Assembly: GCA_025558095.1 (NCBI GenBank)
Contig: JAIVFI010000019.1
Span: 124,001 to 188,000, forward strand
Reading direction: 5' to 3'
DNA: 64,000 nucleotides
Source: Hyaloraphidium curvatum SAG 235-1
Lineage: Eukaryota; Fungi; Monoblepharomycota
A model generated the notes under the pieces. The model saw nothing but the letters and a program-made list of their open reading frames with translations. It was not told where the DNA came from and made no database searches. Positions within the stretch are counted from its first letter, which is position 1; every line of letters begins with the position of its first letter. Positions 42,113-54,673 of this stretch are shown here, in pieces. The position numbers were made by a program, and so were the translations under genes.

Positions 42113-42556
42113 ATGTCCTCCGCTGATAAGCCCCTCCTCGACACTCTCCTGGCGCTCGAATCCGACGCGTGGCATCGTGCCGCACGCAATGATGCGGCGT
42201 GGTATCGCCAAACGTACCTCACGCCCGACACAAGGGGCTTCATGATACTGCCCGGGATGGGCATCGTTGGCATGCCGGACATCCTCGCGTTCTTCGAGAG
42301 CAACGCCGGCAAACCCAGTGAGAGGGCTCGCGAGCACAAGTTCTCGAATGCCAGGGTCGTCGGCGAGGGCCTCTCGTCCGACACGGCGGCGCTGGTGTAC
42401 CGCGCCGAGTTCCGCTGGACCGATGCGGAAGGGAAGAGCGAAGCAGGGGAATGGGATGCTGTGGATTGCTCGACCGTCTTTGTCAACGTCGGGGGTAAGG
42501 GGGACTGGAGGTGCGTCTCGCATCAGCAGACTCTCGTTGCACGGGACGGAAAGTAG
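42113..42556 (+). CDS. DUF4440/SnoaL-like (NTF2-fold) protein, intronless
   Basis: LLALESDAW...AALVYRA...STVFV....WRCVSHQQT pattern. Confidence 0.75.
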   Translation: MSSADKPLLDTLLALESDAWHRAARNDAAWYRQTYLTPDTRGFMILPGMGIVGMPDILAFFESNAGKPSERAREHKFSNARVVGEGLSSDTAALVYRAEFRWTDAEGKSEAGEWDAVDCSTVFVNVGGKGDWRCVSHQQTLVARDGK

Positions 42557-43150
42557 TGCAGAGAGGCCGCCTTGGATGGCTTTCTTGTACCATTGATACA
42601 TCTTGGCCTCATTCGTGCACCTGGTCCGCGACGACCTCCCTGGCGTGCGCGAAGAAGAGCCGGCATTCTTCCGCTTCCTCGTTGTAGAGTCGGTACTGGT
42701 TCCCTGTGCGAGAGTCATGATTGAACGGATCGACTTCGAAGGAACTCACCTCGCGGAACCATGAACTGATCGTGACGCTTGGCCACGAAAGTCGCATTGT
42801 GAATGGTGACCTTGACCTGCCCTGACAGCACGACAACATCTGGGCACGATTACCGTCCCGAATAAGACCATAGATCCGAGCCATTCGACCTCACCATGGT
42901 GTTGGCCCGGGTGTTCTTGGAGGGCTTCTCGGCCCCACCAGGGATGAGCATCTGTCCTGCAGCAACGTGATCGCCTTCGCTGAAAGCCTTGGCAAACTGG
43001 TACGTTTCGTTGGCTACTGGATGAAGATCCCGATCCATGGATTCCTTGGGGCAAAAGATCGCTGAGGCAGCAACGACATGAGCAAAGCGGAGCGAAGAAC
43101 TGCGAGCAACATCCACCTTTCTTGGCCGGGCCCGCAGGGCGCCCTTCCCC

Positions 43151-43699
43151 CTACCATTCGAGGATCTCGATCTCTAAGCGGCCCTCGGTGAGGGTACGAG
43201 CTCCGCCCGCCTCATGCTCCTCCTCCAACGCGACTCCATCCTCACCCGAAGCGTCGTCGGAGTCGTCCTCGCCAGATTCCCCAGCGGGCTCCAACAACCC
43301 GGCCCTCTCCGCCAACCCGCGGATCCCGGCTACGAGGTCCTCGTTCTCCAACCTCATGGCCTCCCTCACGGCCTCGGTGGCGGCGAGCTTCCGCCGCAGC
43401 TCGTCCCGCACCGCGACCGCGGCATCGCGTTCCTCCCGGGCCTGTTGAAGTTCCGCGGCGCGCAACGCGTCCAGATCGTGCATCTTTTGCGCGATGGCCG
43501 CCGCCATCGAGTCCAGGGCCGGTCCGGAGAGCGGGAGCGCGGGGTGCTCCTCGGCGGCGTCCGCGCGGGGGCGCTTCGGGGACCGAGCCGCGTCTGCCGC
43601 CGATGCGACCGCATTCGGTACATCGGGTGCGTCGCCGTGCGCCTCCATCACGTCGTCGTTGCGCAGCATCTCTGCGGAAGGTCTCCTTACACGGGACAT
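43151..43699 (-). CDS. Hypothetical coiled-coil protein (may continue in downstream exons toward ~42560)
   Basis: Heptad-rich LRAAELQQAREERDAAVAVRDELRRKL; stop sits at a possible GT donor. Confidence 0.45.
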   Translation of the reverse strand: MSRVRRPSAEMLRNDDVMEAHGDAPDVPNAVASAADAARSPKRPRADAAEEHPALPLSGPALDSMAAAIAQKMHDLDALRAAELQQAREERDAAVAVRDELRRKLAATEAVREAMRLENEDLVAGIRGLAERAGLLEPAGESGEDDSDDASGEDGVALEEEHEAGGARTLTEGRLEIEILEW

Positions 43700-43953
43700 G
43701 TGTCCCCGCGTCCAAGGCCCTTTTAATCAGGCTGTGAGGGCTGCGCGAACGGTACGCCAAAGAGCCTGCTCAGGTTGAATTTTGTCTGCTTCAAGTCCGA
43801 TTGATTTGGGTTTCGAGGAAACTGATGGGGAGTACGCAATGTGGAAGAAGGGACCGGGGCTTCTTTGCTGAAGCTTGAGCGGGAGATTCAAATTGGCGCA
43901 TAATCAATCAGAACACACAGAGTCTATGCTTCGAAGGCGGGCGTCCTTCCGGC

Positions 43954-44844
43954 TCAGACGAGGTCGAAGAAGAGGACCTTCTTCCTCTGCTCCGCCTCCC
44001 CCGGTGCCCCGTCCGCCCCCGCGTCAGCTTCCCCCGGCGGTCTGTCCGCCAGCCTCGCCTCCCTCACGTTCCGCTCGATCCTGTTCCCCAGCCTGACGGT
44101 GAGCGCGATGCCGACGATCACGGTGCCGATCGGCACGACGAACGTCAGTATCGCGTCGGCGGCCGTGGGGGGCCGCTCGCCATTGACCTCCCAGACGGCG
44201 GGAGGGATCGCGTAGCTGGCCGCGATCAGCAGGAACAGGAACACCCAGAGGAACGTGAGCCACATCGCCCCGCGGAAGAGCAGGGTGCCGGGGGCGATGT
44301 TGGCGAGGTAGTCTGATTTCGTGGGGTCCGGGCGCTCGGGGGTGGCGCCGGCGCGGTAGTGCCACATCTGCTCCGCCATCCCGCCGCGGGCAAACGGACG
44401 GTTCAAGGGAGGGAGGGCGAACAGGGCGAGGAGGAGGCCCACGGCCCCGCAGGTGATCGAGTTGGAGAATAGGTCCAAAGGGCGGTACGCCGCGGGGTCG
44501 GCGGCGGCGACGATCAGCTGCACCGCCAGTGCCAATAGGAAGCACGCCGGGAGCAGGCCCGGGAACACCTCCCACACGCCCAGCGTGGCGCCGCGGAAGA
44601 GCTCGATCCCGCCGAAAACGCCCAGCGTCGCGCCGAGCCGTACGCGGAGGTCCAGGCGCGCGGTACCGGTGGCGGTCAGCAGGCCGGCGTAGGAGCATAT
44701 CAGACGGCCGATCAGCGTGTTCACGCGGCCGCGGTGCAGGAAGAGGCGGGCGCGGGGGAGGAAGTGGGGGACGGTGAGCTCGGCGGGCTCCGTCACGCGT
44801 GGCGGCCGCCGCCACGGGCCGCGCGCCGAGTTGATGATGACCAT
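43954..44844 (-). CDS. Hypothetical multi-pass membrane protein; start and splicing uncertain
   Basis: Five to six hydrophobic segments in ORF 43954-45012. Confidence 0.6.
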   Translation of the reverse strand: MVIINSARGPWRRPPRVTEPAELTVPHFLPRARLFLHRGRVNTLIGRLICSYAGLLTATGTARLDLRVRLGATLGVFGGIELFRGATLGVWEVFPGLLPACFLLALAVQLIVAAADPAAYRPLDLFSNSITCGAVGLLLALFALPPLNRPFARGGMAEQMWHYRAGATPERPDPTKSDYLANIAPGTLLFRGAMWLTFLWVFLFLLIAASYAIPPAVWEVNGERPPTAADAILTFVVPIGTVIVGIALTVRLGNRIERNVREARLADRPPGEADAGADGAPGEAEQRKKVLFFDLV

Positions 44845-45239
44845 CGGGCGGTCCGGGCCCGCCGACAGCGGGAGGCCGACGCCGCAGTCCACAGGCGGCC
44901 GCCGTGGCGGGTGGTGTTGCGGGCGGGGTTCGCCGGCCCGTCCGCGGGTGCTGCGGTCGCCACAGCCCTCTTCGAGAATCCGGCCGGCCCAGCACTCGCC
45001 GCTGCGCCGCACGCCTCGGGCGGCTGCTCATAAGCCGGCAACGAGTGCGCCGCGGCCGACAGCCGGGATTCGCGTGCCCCCGCGCAGACGGACGAACCGC
45101 TCCCCCAGGCTTTCAACTTCGCTGCCAAACACTGTCCCCCCTCCTCCCCCTTGAAGACCCGAGCAGCTCCTCGCGGCTCTGAAAGGCCGGGAGCACCTCA
45201 CAACACACACCCCACCCGCCGCACCCGACCCAACACGCC

Positions 45240-48200
45240 ATGGGCTCCGCAGAGGAGGAAACCGCGGCCGAGGCCGTCGTGTTCCCCGGGCCCCCGCCAA
45301 CGAGGATCATCGGCAACCTCCGCGACATCGACACAAATGCGCCCGTCTGGTCGCTGGTCAGGCTCGCCAAGCAGTACGGTGGGTCTCGCTCGCCCCTACC
45401 GGCCCACTCCCTCCGCCACTTCCTGACGACCCGGCTCCCCCTCCAGGCCCGATATTCAAGCTGAAGCTCAAGCAGGACTTCATTGTCATCAGCTCCCAGG
45501 AGCTTTGCAACGAGCTCTGCGACGTCACCCGGTTCGACAAGCGTGTCCACCCCGCGCTCCACCACGTCCGCAACATCTCGCAGGGGCTCTTCACCAGCGA
45601 GACCAGCGACCCCGAGTGGGGCATCGCCCACAGGATCTTGATGCCCATGTTCGGCCCCAACGCGCTCAAGGATATGTTCCCTGGGGTGGGCGGCGCCGCA
45701 ACGGCAACCAGGAGTGATCGCTGATCGTTTGGCGTGCCGCGCCAGATGCTCGACATTGCCGAACAGATGTTCCTCAAATGGGAGCGCGAAGGCCCGGACC
45801 ACGTCTTTGAGGCCTCGGACAACTTCACCCGGCTGTGGGTTCCCTCCCCCCCTCAATCCCCCTTCGATCCCCTTACCCCCTCCCAACAGCACGTTCGATG
45901 CCATCGCCCTCTGTGCCTTCAACCTCCGCCTCAACAGCTTCTACCGCGAAGGCATGCACCCCTTCGTCAACGCCATGGTGCGCGCGCTGCAGGAAGCCGG
46001 CGCGCGCTCGCGCCGCATGCCGATCGCCAACAGGCTCATGGCGATGGTGAGCAACCAGCACGAGGAGGACATCCGGAGCATGCGCATGGTCGCCGAGGAC
46101 CTGATTGCCGAGCGCAAGGCCAACCCGGGGGGGAAGAAGGACATCCTGAGCACCATGATGACGGCGACGGACCCCAAGACGGGGATGAGGATGAGCGACA
46201 ACTCGGTGACGAGCAACCTCATCGCGTTTTTGATCGCCGGTAACTGTCCCCACATCGGACCCCCAACGTGGCGACTGATCTCTTCCCGACCCCAGGCCAC
46301 GAAACCACCTCGGGCCTCCTCACTTTCTGCATGTACGAGCTCCTCCGCCACCCCGAAGTCGTCGCCAAGGCCCGCGCCGAGGTCGACCGGGTGATCGGCA
46401 CCGCCGCCCCGCGCCACGAGCACATCGCCCAGCTCACCTACATCGACCAGGTGCTCAAGGAAACGCTGCGGCTGTGGCCCACGGCGCCTGCCTTCTCGGT
46501 GTACCCGACCGAGGGGGACACGGTAATCGGGGGCAAGTGGCCCGTGAGGAAGGAGGGGGACGTGGTGTACATCCTGTCGCCGGCGCTACACCGCGATCCC
46601 GTGGTGTGGGGGCCGGATCCCGAGGCGTTCGACCCGGAGAGGTTCGAGTTCGAGGCGGCGCAGAAGCTCCCGCCTAATTGCTGGAAGTGCGTGCCTCCGA
46701 GCTCTCGTTCCGCGCGTTTGCTGACCACGATCCCGCCGCCCGCAGGCCCTTCGGCAACGGCCAGCGCGCCTGCATCGGTCGCCCCTTTGCCCTCCAGGAA
46801 GCCACCCTCGTCGTCGCCATGATGCTACAGCGCTTCGAGATCGAGATCGCCGACCCGGACTACAAGCTCGACATCAAGGAGACGCTCACCATGAAGCCGC
46901 ACGGGCTGATGATCAAGGCGCGCAGGAGGGACAACGTGATCGCGCCCGCCGCTCCGATGCCGGCTGCGGGTGCGGCGAGCGAGCCCTCCAAGGCCGCCGC
47001 GGCGCCCGAAGCCGAGCCCGACGGACCCCCCGTGCACCTCCTGTACGGCTCCAACGCCGGTTCCGCGGAGGACCTCGCGCGCAGGATCGCGGGCGACGCA
47101 GCGGGGAGGGGGTTCCGGGCCACCTGCGCCCCGCTCGACTCGGCGGCGGGCAAACTGCCCAAGGACGGGGTGGTGGTGGTGGTCACGGCGTCGTACGAGG
47201 GGCAGCCGCCTGACAATGCGAGGGGGTTCTGCGGGTGGCTGGACAAGGCCGGCGAGGGGGAGGTCAAGGGGGTCAAGTTTGCGGTGTTTGGGACGGGGAA
47301 CAAGGTGCGTCGGCGGTGATCGGCGGGATGAAGGTCATGCTGATTTTGGTTGGTGACCTTAGGACTGGGCGCGGACCTACATGGCGATTCCCAAGCTAAT
47401 CGACGAGAAACTGGAGGCGCTGGGCGGGGAGCGCATCATGCCGCGTGGGGAGGCCAACGCCCGAGGCGACTTCTTCGGAGACTTTGACAAGTGTGGGTGG
47501 CGCTACGCGGTCGAGGTGCCCGCCTCCAGCAACCGATCGATCTGACCGCACTTACAGGGTATGCCAACTTCTGGAACGAAATTTCCGCGGCGACCGGCCA
47601 TGCCGCCCAAGAAATCCAGTCAGCCGCGGCCGCGCTCGAGGTTGAGTTCGTTCCGCCCTCGGCGGACCCCGTGACTCGGCAGGCCGGCATGCCCAAGGCC
47701 ACCATCGTCGCCAACCGCGAGCTCGTGGACCTCAGCGATCCCTCGGCTCCCGGCGCGAGGTCCAAGCGCCACATCGAGTTTGCTCTCCCCGCGGGAATGA
47801 CGTACCGAACGGGCGACTACCTGGCCGTGCAGCCGCTCAACCCGCCGGACCTGATCGACAGGGCGCTGAAGCGGTTCGGGCTCGGGTACGACGCGCAGCT
47901 CGTCATCAAGACCACGCCGGGGCTGGCCACCTTCCTGCCAACCGGCAAGCCCGTCGAGGCCGGCGAGCTGCTTTCGGCCTTCGTGGAGCTCGCACTCCCG
48001 GCCTCGCGATCGCAAATCGAACGGCTGGCCGCGGGAGCGCAGTGCCCGCCCGACAAGGACAAGCTTCTGGCGCTGATCGCCGACGATGACTCGTACGCGG
48101 CCACGGTGCTGGATCCCCGCACCTCGGTCGTCGACCTGCTCGAGGAGTTTGCCTCGGTCGACATGCCCTTCGGCTCCTTCCTGCAGATGCTCCCGCCTCT

Positions 48201-48888
48201 CAAGCCGCGGCAGTACTCCATCTCGAGCTCCCCCCTGTGGTCCGCGGAGCACTGCACCCTCACCGTCGCCGTCCTCCGCGCGCCCGCCAAGTCGGGCCGT
48301 GGCACCTACGAGGGTGTGGCGAGCAACTACCTGCTGCACGCGCGCCCGGGGACCAAGGTGCCCGTCAGCGTGCGGCCCTCGCAGCAGGCGTTCCACCCGC
48401 CCGAGTCGCTGGAGACGCCGATGCTGATGGTCTGTGCCGGCACCGGCGTCGCACCTTTCCATGGCTTCGTACAGGACCGCGCGCAGCGGATCGCGGCCAT
48501 GGGCGACGAGGTGAAGAAGGCCGGGAGGGCCCTGCTCTTCTTTGGGATGACCAACCCGGACGCGGACTACCTGTACAAATCCGAGTTTGCGGCGTGGGAG
48601 GAGCTGGGGATCGTCTCGATGCGGCCGGCCTACTCGTCAAAACCCGAGGGCGGCGTCAAGTACGTCCAGGACCGGCTGTGGCAGGACCGCGAGGATGTCA
48701 GGGAACTGGTCAAGGCCGGCGCCACGCTGTACTTGTGCGGTGACGGGCAGCGGATGGCGCCGGCGGTGCACGACGTGTGCGTCAAGATCAGAATGGAAGG
48801 CAGCGGGTGCTCCAGGGAGGAGGCCGAGGCGTGGATGGAAAAGGCCGAGAGGCTGCACGGCCGCTATGTTGCTGATGTCTTTGCTTGA
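45240..48888 (+). CDS. Self-sufficient cytochrome P450-reductase fusion (CYP102/CYP505 type), multi-exon
   Basis: [44 protein letters not shown], flavodoxin [10 protein letters not shown] / [39 protein letters not shown]. Confidence 0.96.
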
Positions 48889-49022
48889 GCTTCTGTCGGA
48901 GGCCCTTGCGAAATGCCAGGTCAGCGGTCGGACAACTCTTTCATGTTGGGGAGTCAATTGCATACAACTGCTTCAAGGATCACGTCCATATCCTCACTTA
49001 TTTGCCAAATTCACCAAAGATC

Positions 49023-49933
49023 CTACAGCCTCGCGTACTGCGATCGGGGGAACGGGTCGCCGTGACGGAGACCAGAGTATACGTCGGCTAGCGCGGCGTC
49101 GTTCCCTTCTTGGGCCCCGCGGAAGTCTCGCACCTATAGAAAATAGAGAAGGAAGGAAATCAGCGAGGGCACAAGGGCTGCCTCAACGAGTACCGCACCT
49201 GGCCGTCAAAGACGACGTCCGGCCCCATGAAGCGCATCGACACGGTCCGCCGCCTCATCCCCGGCTCCGTCCCACCGCCGCCGTGGAGCACGCCCAGGTG
49301 GAAAACGATCACGTCGCCGGGCTGCAGATCCCAGCTGATGATGTCGTGCTTCTCCCGCTCGGCCTGGATGTCGGGCAGCCGCGGCAGGGGCGAGTGGCGG
49401 TACAGGGGCTGCGTGTCGTCCTTGGCCGCGAACGCCGAGCCGTTGTACAGCGTGCCCTTGTGCGAGCCGCGGATGAACTCGAGGCAGTGCCGCTTGGGCA
49501 GCGGGTCGAGGGTGATCCAGGCCGCGACCATGTGGTTGCCGGCCATCCGCAAGTAGGAAGTGTCCTGGTGCCACGGGGTGCGCCTCGTGTGCCCGCCTTC
49601 CTTCTTGAACAGCTGCTCGCCCATGTAGTCGACCGGCGCGCCCTCGGGGAGGCGCCACAGCGCCCTCATAGCCGTGTCCAGGCCGACCTCGCGTGCCACC
49701 CCCGCATGGTTGCTCCCGCGGTCCTCCAGGAACGCCTCGGGCGAGCCGTCGTAGAAGCGCCGCACCGTTGGGCTCGGGTTCGCAAAACTCCACTCGACGG
49801 CCGCCTCAACCTTGGCCAGCGCCGCGGGGGGCAGCAGCCCGCGCAGGATCACCGCGCCGTCCTCGTCCAGCGCCTTGGCCGCCGCCGTCCAGTCCAGCGG
49901 CGGCAGCGCGCTGAGAGGCACGCGGGCGGGCAT
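49023..49933 (-). CDS. Phytanoyl-CoA dioxygenase (PhyH) family Fe/2OG enzyme, one intron near the 3' end
   Basis: TPWHQDTSY (HxD), AWITLD, distal LHGGG and RR; last exon VRDFRG...YARL*. Confidence 0.88.
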
Positions 49934-50108
49934 GGTTGCTCAAGTCAAGGCTATACGCGTGGTGGGAGGCAGCGGGCCCGGAAAATCCAACGAAAGGGTG
50001 GCGACGATCGAGCGGGTGGCAAAGGCACCCAACAGACCCCGCGGAGGGCCATGACCTTCGCGCGACAACCTTCATTTTGAGACAGTCACTTTGCTATTCA
50101 ATGCTTCA

Positions 50109-51390
50109 TCACTCGGGTGTTGCGATCGAGCTGGTGCTGCTCGCCACCGCCGTCTCGCTCGTCGTCGCGCTGACCGTGGTGGTCTGCTCGGCAGATTGGT
50201 CACCGATCGCTTCTGCTTGCGCCGGCGCACGCGGAACTCACCACCGCCGTCGTCGTCGTCGCCGGCACCCTGCAATCCTCCAGCGCCCGCACCTCCGCGC
50301 TGCTCTTTGCCACCGCGATCGACCCGCCGTACCGCATCACCCAGCTCGAGTTGAACACCGGCACCTCCCTCGCCATCTCCGCGACGCCGCTGAGCGTGAG
50401 GTTGAAGCTGTCGTACGTGCCGCCGGGGAGGAGGTAGCTTCCGACAAAGGTAGCCGAGAGGCGGACGGTGCCCTGGGTCACGTAGGTGAAGCTGGATTTG
50501 GTGACCTCGGTGGCGTCGAAGCGGGTCATGCGGAAGGAGCCAGGCGAGGTGTTGGCCCCGTCGATGGTGCAGAAGGCGAGGCCAAAGTTGGAGGTCTCCG
50601 GGGTGCCGGATGCAGCCTGGGTGGGGCTGAACGCCGTGCCGGCCGAGAAGTTGCTGCAAACGAAAGCCGTCGGCATCGCAAACTCCAGGCGGAACTCGGT
50701 GCCGGGATCCGGGTTGGCGCAGTACCCCATGAAACCGAGGTAGTCCGGCTGCTGCGTGAACGCGCCCAGCGCGGTGCCCCCGCTCGTCACGGTCCCCCGC
50801 GCCGTCTCGGCAGAGGAGGAGAGCACAACCCGGTCCGCGGTCGGATCACCCAGGGACGCGCATCCGGGGAGGACCGTCGGCGTGCAGGTGGCCGAGGTGG
50901 TCGCCGACGTCGACGTCTCGCCGGTCGTCACCGTGGTCTCGGTCGCTTTCGAGGAAGACGTCCAGGCCGTCTCGCCCCCGGCAACGGGGGCGGCGTACCG
51001 CCTGTACAAAACCCCCTCGTTCCCCTCCTCGGCTCCGTAGTCCACGCACGCCACCGAGCCGGGCGGCGCGCCGGGGTGGCCGAACTCGCTGCGCGGAGTT
51101 CCCCGCCGTCAGCTCGACCGCGGGCTGTGCCGCCAGAGACGAGCCGGGACACCCACCAGAACACCCCGACGGCCTCGTCGCATTCGGAACACGATCTCTT
51201 GAACACGACGGTTGCGCGCGGGGGCACAACGGGGCTGCGGGAGCGGGCGGGGGAGCCGCGCGGGCGGGATGAGGACGGCATCGGGCGAGCAGCGGCGGGC
51301 CAACCTCCCCGCAGCAAGGCCGCAGGATGCCGCGAGGGCAGCGAGGATCGCGAGCACCAGAGAAAGTGCTGTCGGACGCATGCGGGGCAT
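50109..51390 (-). CDS. Secreted protein with Cys-rich N-terminus, Thr-rich linker and beta-rich domain, multi-exon
   Basis: Signal MPRMRPTALSLVLAILAALAASC; main exon in ORF 50200-51054. Confidence 0.6.
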
Positions 51391-51679
51391 GGGGAGGAGA
51401 TAAACAAACGGGGATCCGTGGCGGTGTTGCGTGTTTTGGTGGCGAGAACCGGCCAGGGATCGTCGCGTCGATGACGTCCCGACGGCCCATCGATGCCGGC
51501 GTGCGAAAGATCGGATCGGAAAACCGCGGATCCGTCGGAACATATCGATATGGATCTACTGCTCCGAGATCTCGACCGCCCTTCCTTGAAAGTCGGTTGG
51601 CCCGAAGTCCGAAGAAGCCCAGCGCATTAGTGTCCGGCGCCCGCGGCAAAGGGACCGCGCCCCGGGGTTTCTCGGTGGA

Positions 51680-53310
51680 GAGCTTCGCCACGGCCGCGCC
51701 CCACCGGCGCCATCCCCAGTCCCGCCGCCGTTTTGGCCGTTTTGGACCTTCCAGAACGCGACCGACCCGGCGACAGGCAATCCCGCGTGCCGCGCCACCT
51801 ACAACACCGACCTCTTCTCCGGATCTGGGCGGCCGCCCAAGTGGGAGTTCTGCCCGGCGCCCTGTGGCCCAGACGTCATCCCGTACGTGACCTCTGTGAA
51901 CGGCACCGAGGAGCCGTGTCCGCAGGGCGAGACGAATGGCATCCTCCCGCAGGACTTCCGGTGAGCGGGACCGGCACTCGGGCGGTGGAGACGTGTCTGA
52001 CGATGCCCCTTTCCAGCTACTAGCTCAATTTCACGCTCCGCTCGTCGCCGCCGCCGACGGGGAGCGGGACGTGCGGCCAGTTCAATATCGGCGCCTGCGG
52101 CGCGTGCGAAATGAACGAGGTCTCGTCGCTCTGGGCCGCCGCACCCGTCACCCAGGGCGCCTACTCGGACATGGCGTGCGTGCTGATCGGCCCCTGCGCG
52201 TGGGGCGCTCTCCAGCAAAACTTTGGCGCCGTCGAGCAGCAGTCCGGCAATTCTGGCTCCGTGCGGCTCAACAGCACGGCACCGATCCCGCAGAACACCT
52301 TCTGCGCCCTCGGCATGGGCTGCCCCCGGCTCGTGATCAACAACACGAGCACGCTATATGGTTCCACCGTGCCCGATCCTCGCGGCACGAGCTTCCAGTG
52401 CCCCATTTACGGCACGAATGCCACCACCAACACCCTCATCCGCCTCGACGAGAACGGAAACCCGCTGTGCGCCGTGGCCAAGCAGGGCGACACCGAGTGC
52501 CTCGAGCTGCCGATGGCCTGCTGCTTCATCGCCACCAACTCGTTCAGCTCGCAGGTGGCGATCCTGACCGCACCCTGCAAGACCAGTGCTGCCGATCCCG
52601 ACCCCTGTACTCGTGCCAAACGGTACTTTTTGGACGGAACCTACCAAAATGACACGGCTGGGCCCAATGCGGACGTGCTGGGCTACAACTGCACGTATCT
52701 TGGCCCCACCGGCCCCACGACCGGCTCGAGCCCGTGGGTGGTGGCGACCGGCCCCATCCCCGTGGACCCCGGCATCTCGCTCGGCCCCTTGAACAACGGC
52801 ACCGGCTACTTCATCGTCCGGCCCGAGGCAGGAGGCGGCCTCTCGTGCCTGGCCGACGGCGGCGCCTGCGTCAACATGACCTCGTCGATCTGCGCGAACA
52901 ACGCTGCCGCGACGGCGCCGCTGAACGCGGTCGCCAAGGACGCTTCGGGGTTGGGCATCGTCGTCCCGGACGGGCTGACGACGATCACGGCTCGCACCAC
53001 CGCGACGATTGCGCCAAGCAGCTCTTTTGCGACGACCTCCGCCTCGCCGGCGTCCACGACGAAATCGGTGGCCACCTCCGCCTGTTCCACCACCTCCAAC
53101 CTGCCGACCCCGGTGACCACCTCCGCCTCGCCTTCCCCCTTGTCGTCCACCTCCTTCTCCCCGGCCTCCACCTCGTCGGTGGCATCCTCGGCAGCGACGA
53201 GCACCGCCACCGCCTTCTCGACCACCTCGAGGCCCAGTTCGGCTGGCAGGATCGAAGGTGCGGGGACGGCGGCCGCCCTGGCGGTGATCGCGGCGGTTCT
53301 GGCCTTCTGA
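51680..53310 (+). pseudogene. Disabled paralog of the Cys-rich GPI-type surface protein at 56335-57973
   Basis: Highly similar to the downstream copy, but lacks the ATG/signal, has a frameshift near 51710-51720, and has TAG at 52021-52023 where the paralog has TAC. Confidence 0.75.
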
Positions 53311-53774
53311 GCACGATATCCGCTCTGCGACTGGTCATTATGCTGATCATTATGCTGCACGTGTGATCAATACCATCGAATACCCCAAAACGTTGTCTAC
53401 TGAGTCCGATTCTTGAGCCGCTCGAGCCGCCCCGATCACTGTCGGCCGTCAGCAGGGCTCTCGACGGCCGCCAGTCCGGTTCGGTATCCTGGACGCACGA
53501 GGAGCTGGGCATCCCCCTCAGGAGGTGCCGCTTTGCTTACCCCGTCACGGAGCTCGAGTGACGGTTCGCGGACCTTTGTGACAAGGATACCGCCATGGTT
53601 GTTGGGAACGTAGTTGCAGTGTATCCTTCTGTTCCATCATCGATCTCGCCCTGTCATTATTGCCTGGTGGACGTAGGATGATCGTGGCATGTCCCATGGA
53701 CCACTTCGATACGAACGTCAGTCCTCCGGGGCCATCGCCACGATCCCGGTCCGTCAGGGCGCCAAGTCCAGGCT

Positions 53775-54395
53775 TCACGTGTTATGCATCAAGGGGTGAA
53801 CTGGCCAATGCATCTTCTGGCACTTTGCTGAGCAGTACTGGGCGGTCTTGCACCTCGAGCAGCGCTGCAAGTTCTCCCTGGCCCCGTGCGTCGAGCAACT
53901 GGGGTTTGAGCAGGAGAACTTCTCCCACAGTACGCCTTCATCGCTGTTCAGAAGCCTTGACATGTCTCTTCCTACCTTGCGTAGGTGGCGACGACACTCC
54001 TCGTAGCAGGGCGTCCCCGGCCCGTTGCACGTGATCACCATGATTTCGTGGAACTCAAGGCGGGTGTGCCTGTTGTAGCTCCTCACAGCTCCCATCTTCT
54101 CCTCGCCGGACCTGCGCGGAGCCCCGCACGCGTGGCACCGCAGGTCCAGCTCGACCAGCTGCGATTCGGTCCAGTCGCCGCAGACGCCCTTGACCGCCTC
54201 CTGCACTCCGCCGGACTCGATCTCCGCGAGGAACGCGACATCGTTGAGCACGAAAAGGGCCTCGATGGTCCGGAGAGGTTCCTCGGGCCGGATATGCACG
54301 TCCAGGTGGAAGGCGATTGGCGCCTCCTCCGGCCCCATGGCCCCACCCGCGGGAATGGGACCGGGCACGCGTGGCTTCGCGGTGGAAACCTTCAT
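53775..54395 (-). CDS. MYND zinc-finger protein (3' end uncertain)
   Basis: CSNPSC...LQRCSRCKTAQYCSAKCQKMHWPVH. Confidence 0.82.
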   Translation of the reverse strand: MKVSTAKPRVPGPIPAGGAMGPEEAPIAFHLDVHIRPEEPLRTIEALFVLNDVAFLAEIESGGVQEAVKGVCGDWTESQLVELDLRCHACGAPRRSGEEKMGAVRSYNRHTRLEFHEIMVITCNGPGTPCYEECRRHLRKVGRDMSRLLNSDEGVLWEKFSCSNPSCSTHGARENLQRCSRCKTAQYCSAKCQKMHWPVHPLMHNT

Positions 54396-54673
54396 TGGCT
54401 CGCGATAGAGTGGCGGTACGTGGAGTTGTCTGCGGCGGCGGCGACGGGTTCGGGAAAAGAGACCGCGATGTTTCCGGACGGCGCGTTCGGAGGACTCGGG
54501 AACGAAATACTGAAATCGACGCCCTAGCTTGATCCTCCCCAGCGAGTAAACTGCAATTTGCAGTCTAGAGCGGCTCCAGCAATTCAATTCAGACCACTTT
54601 TATTGTCCCTTCCGCCGCCTCGGCGTGCCAGGTCACCGATCAAGCTGCATTTCGAAACGGGAAGGAAACTGAT

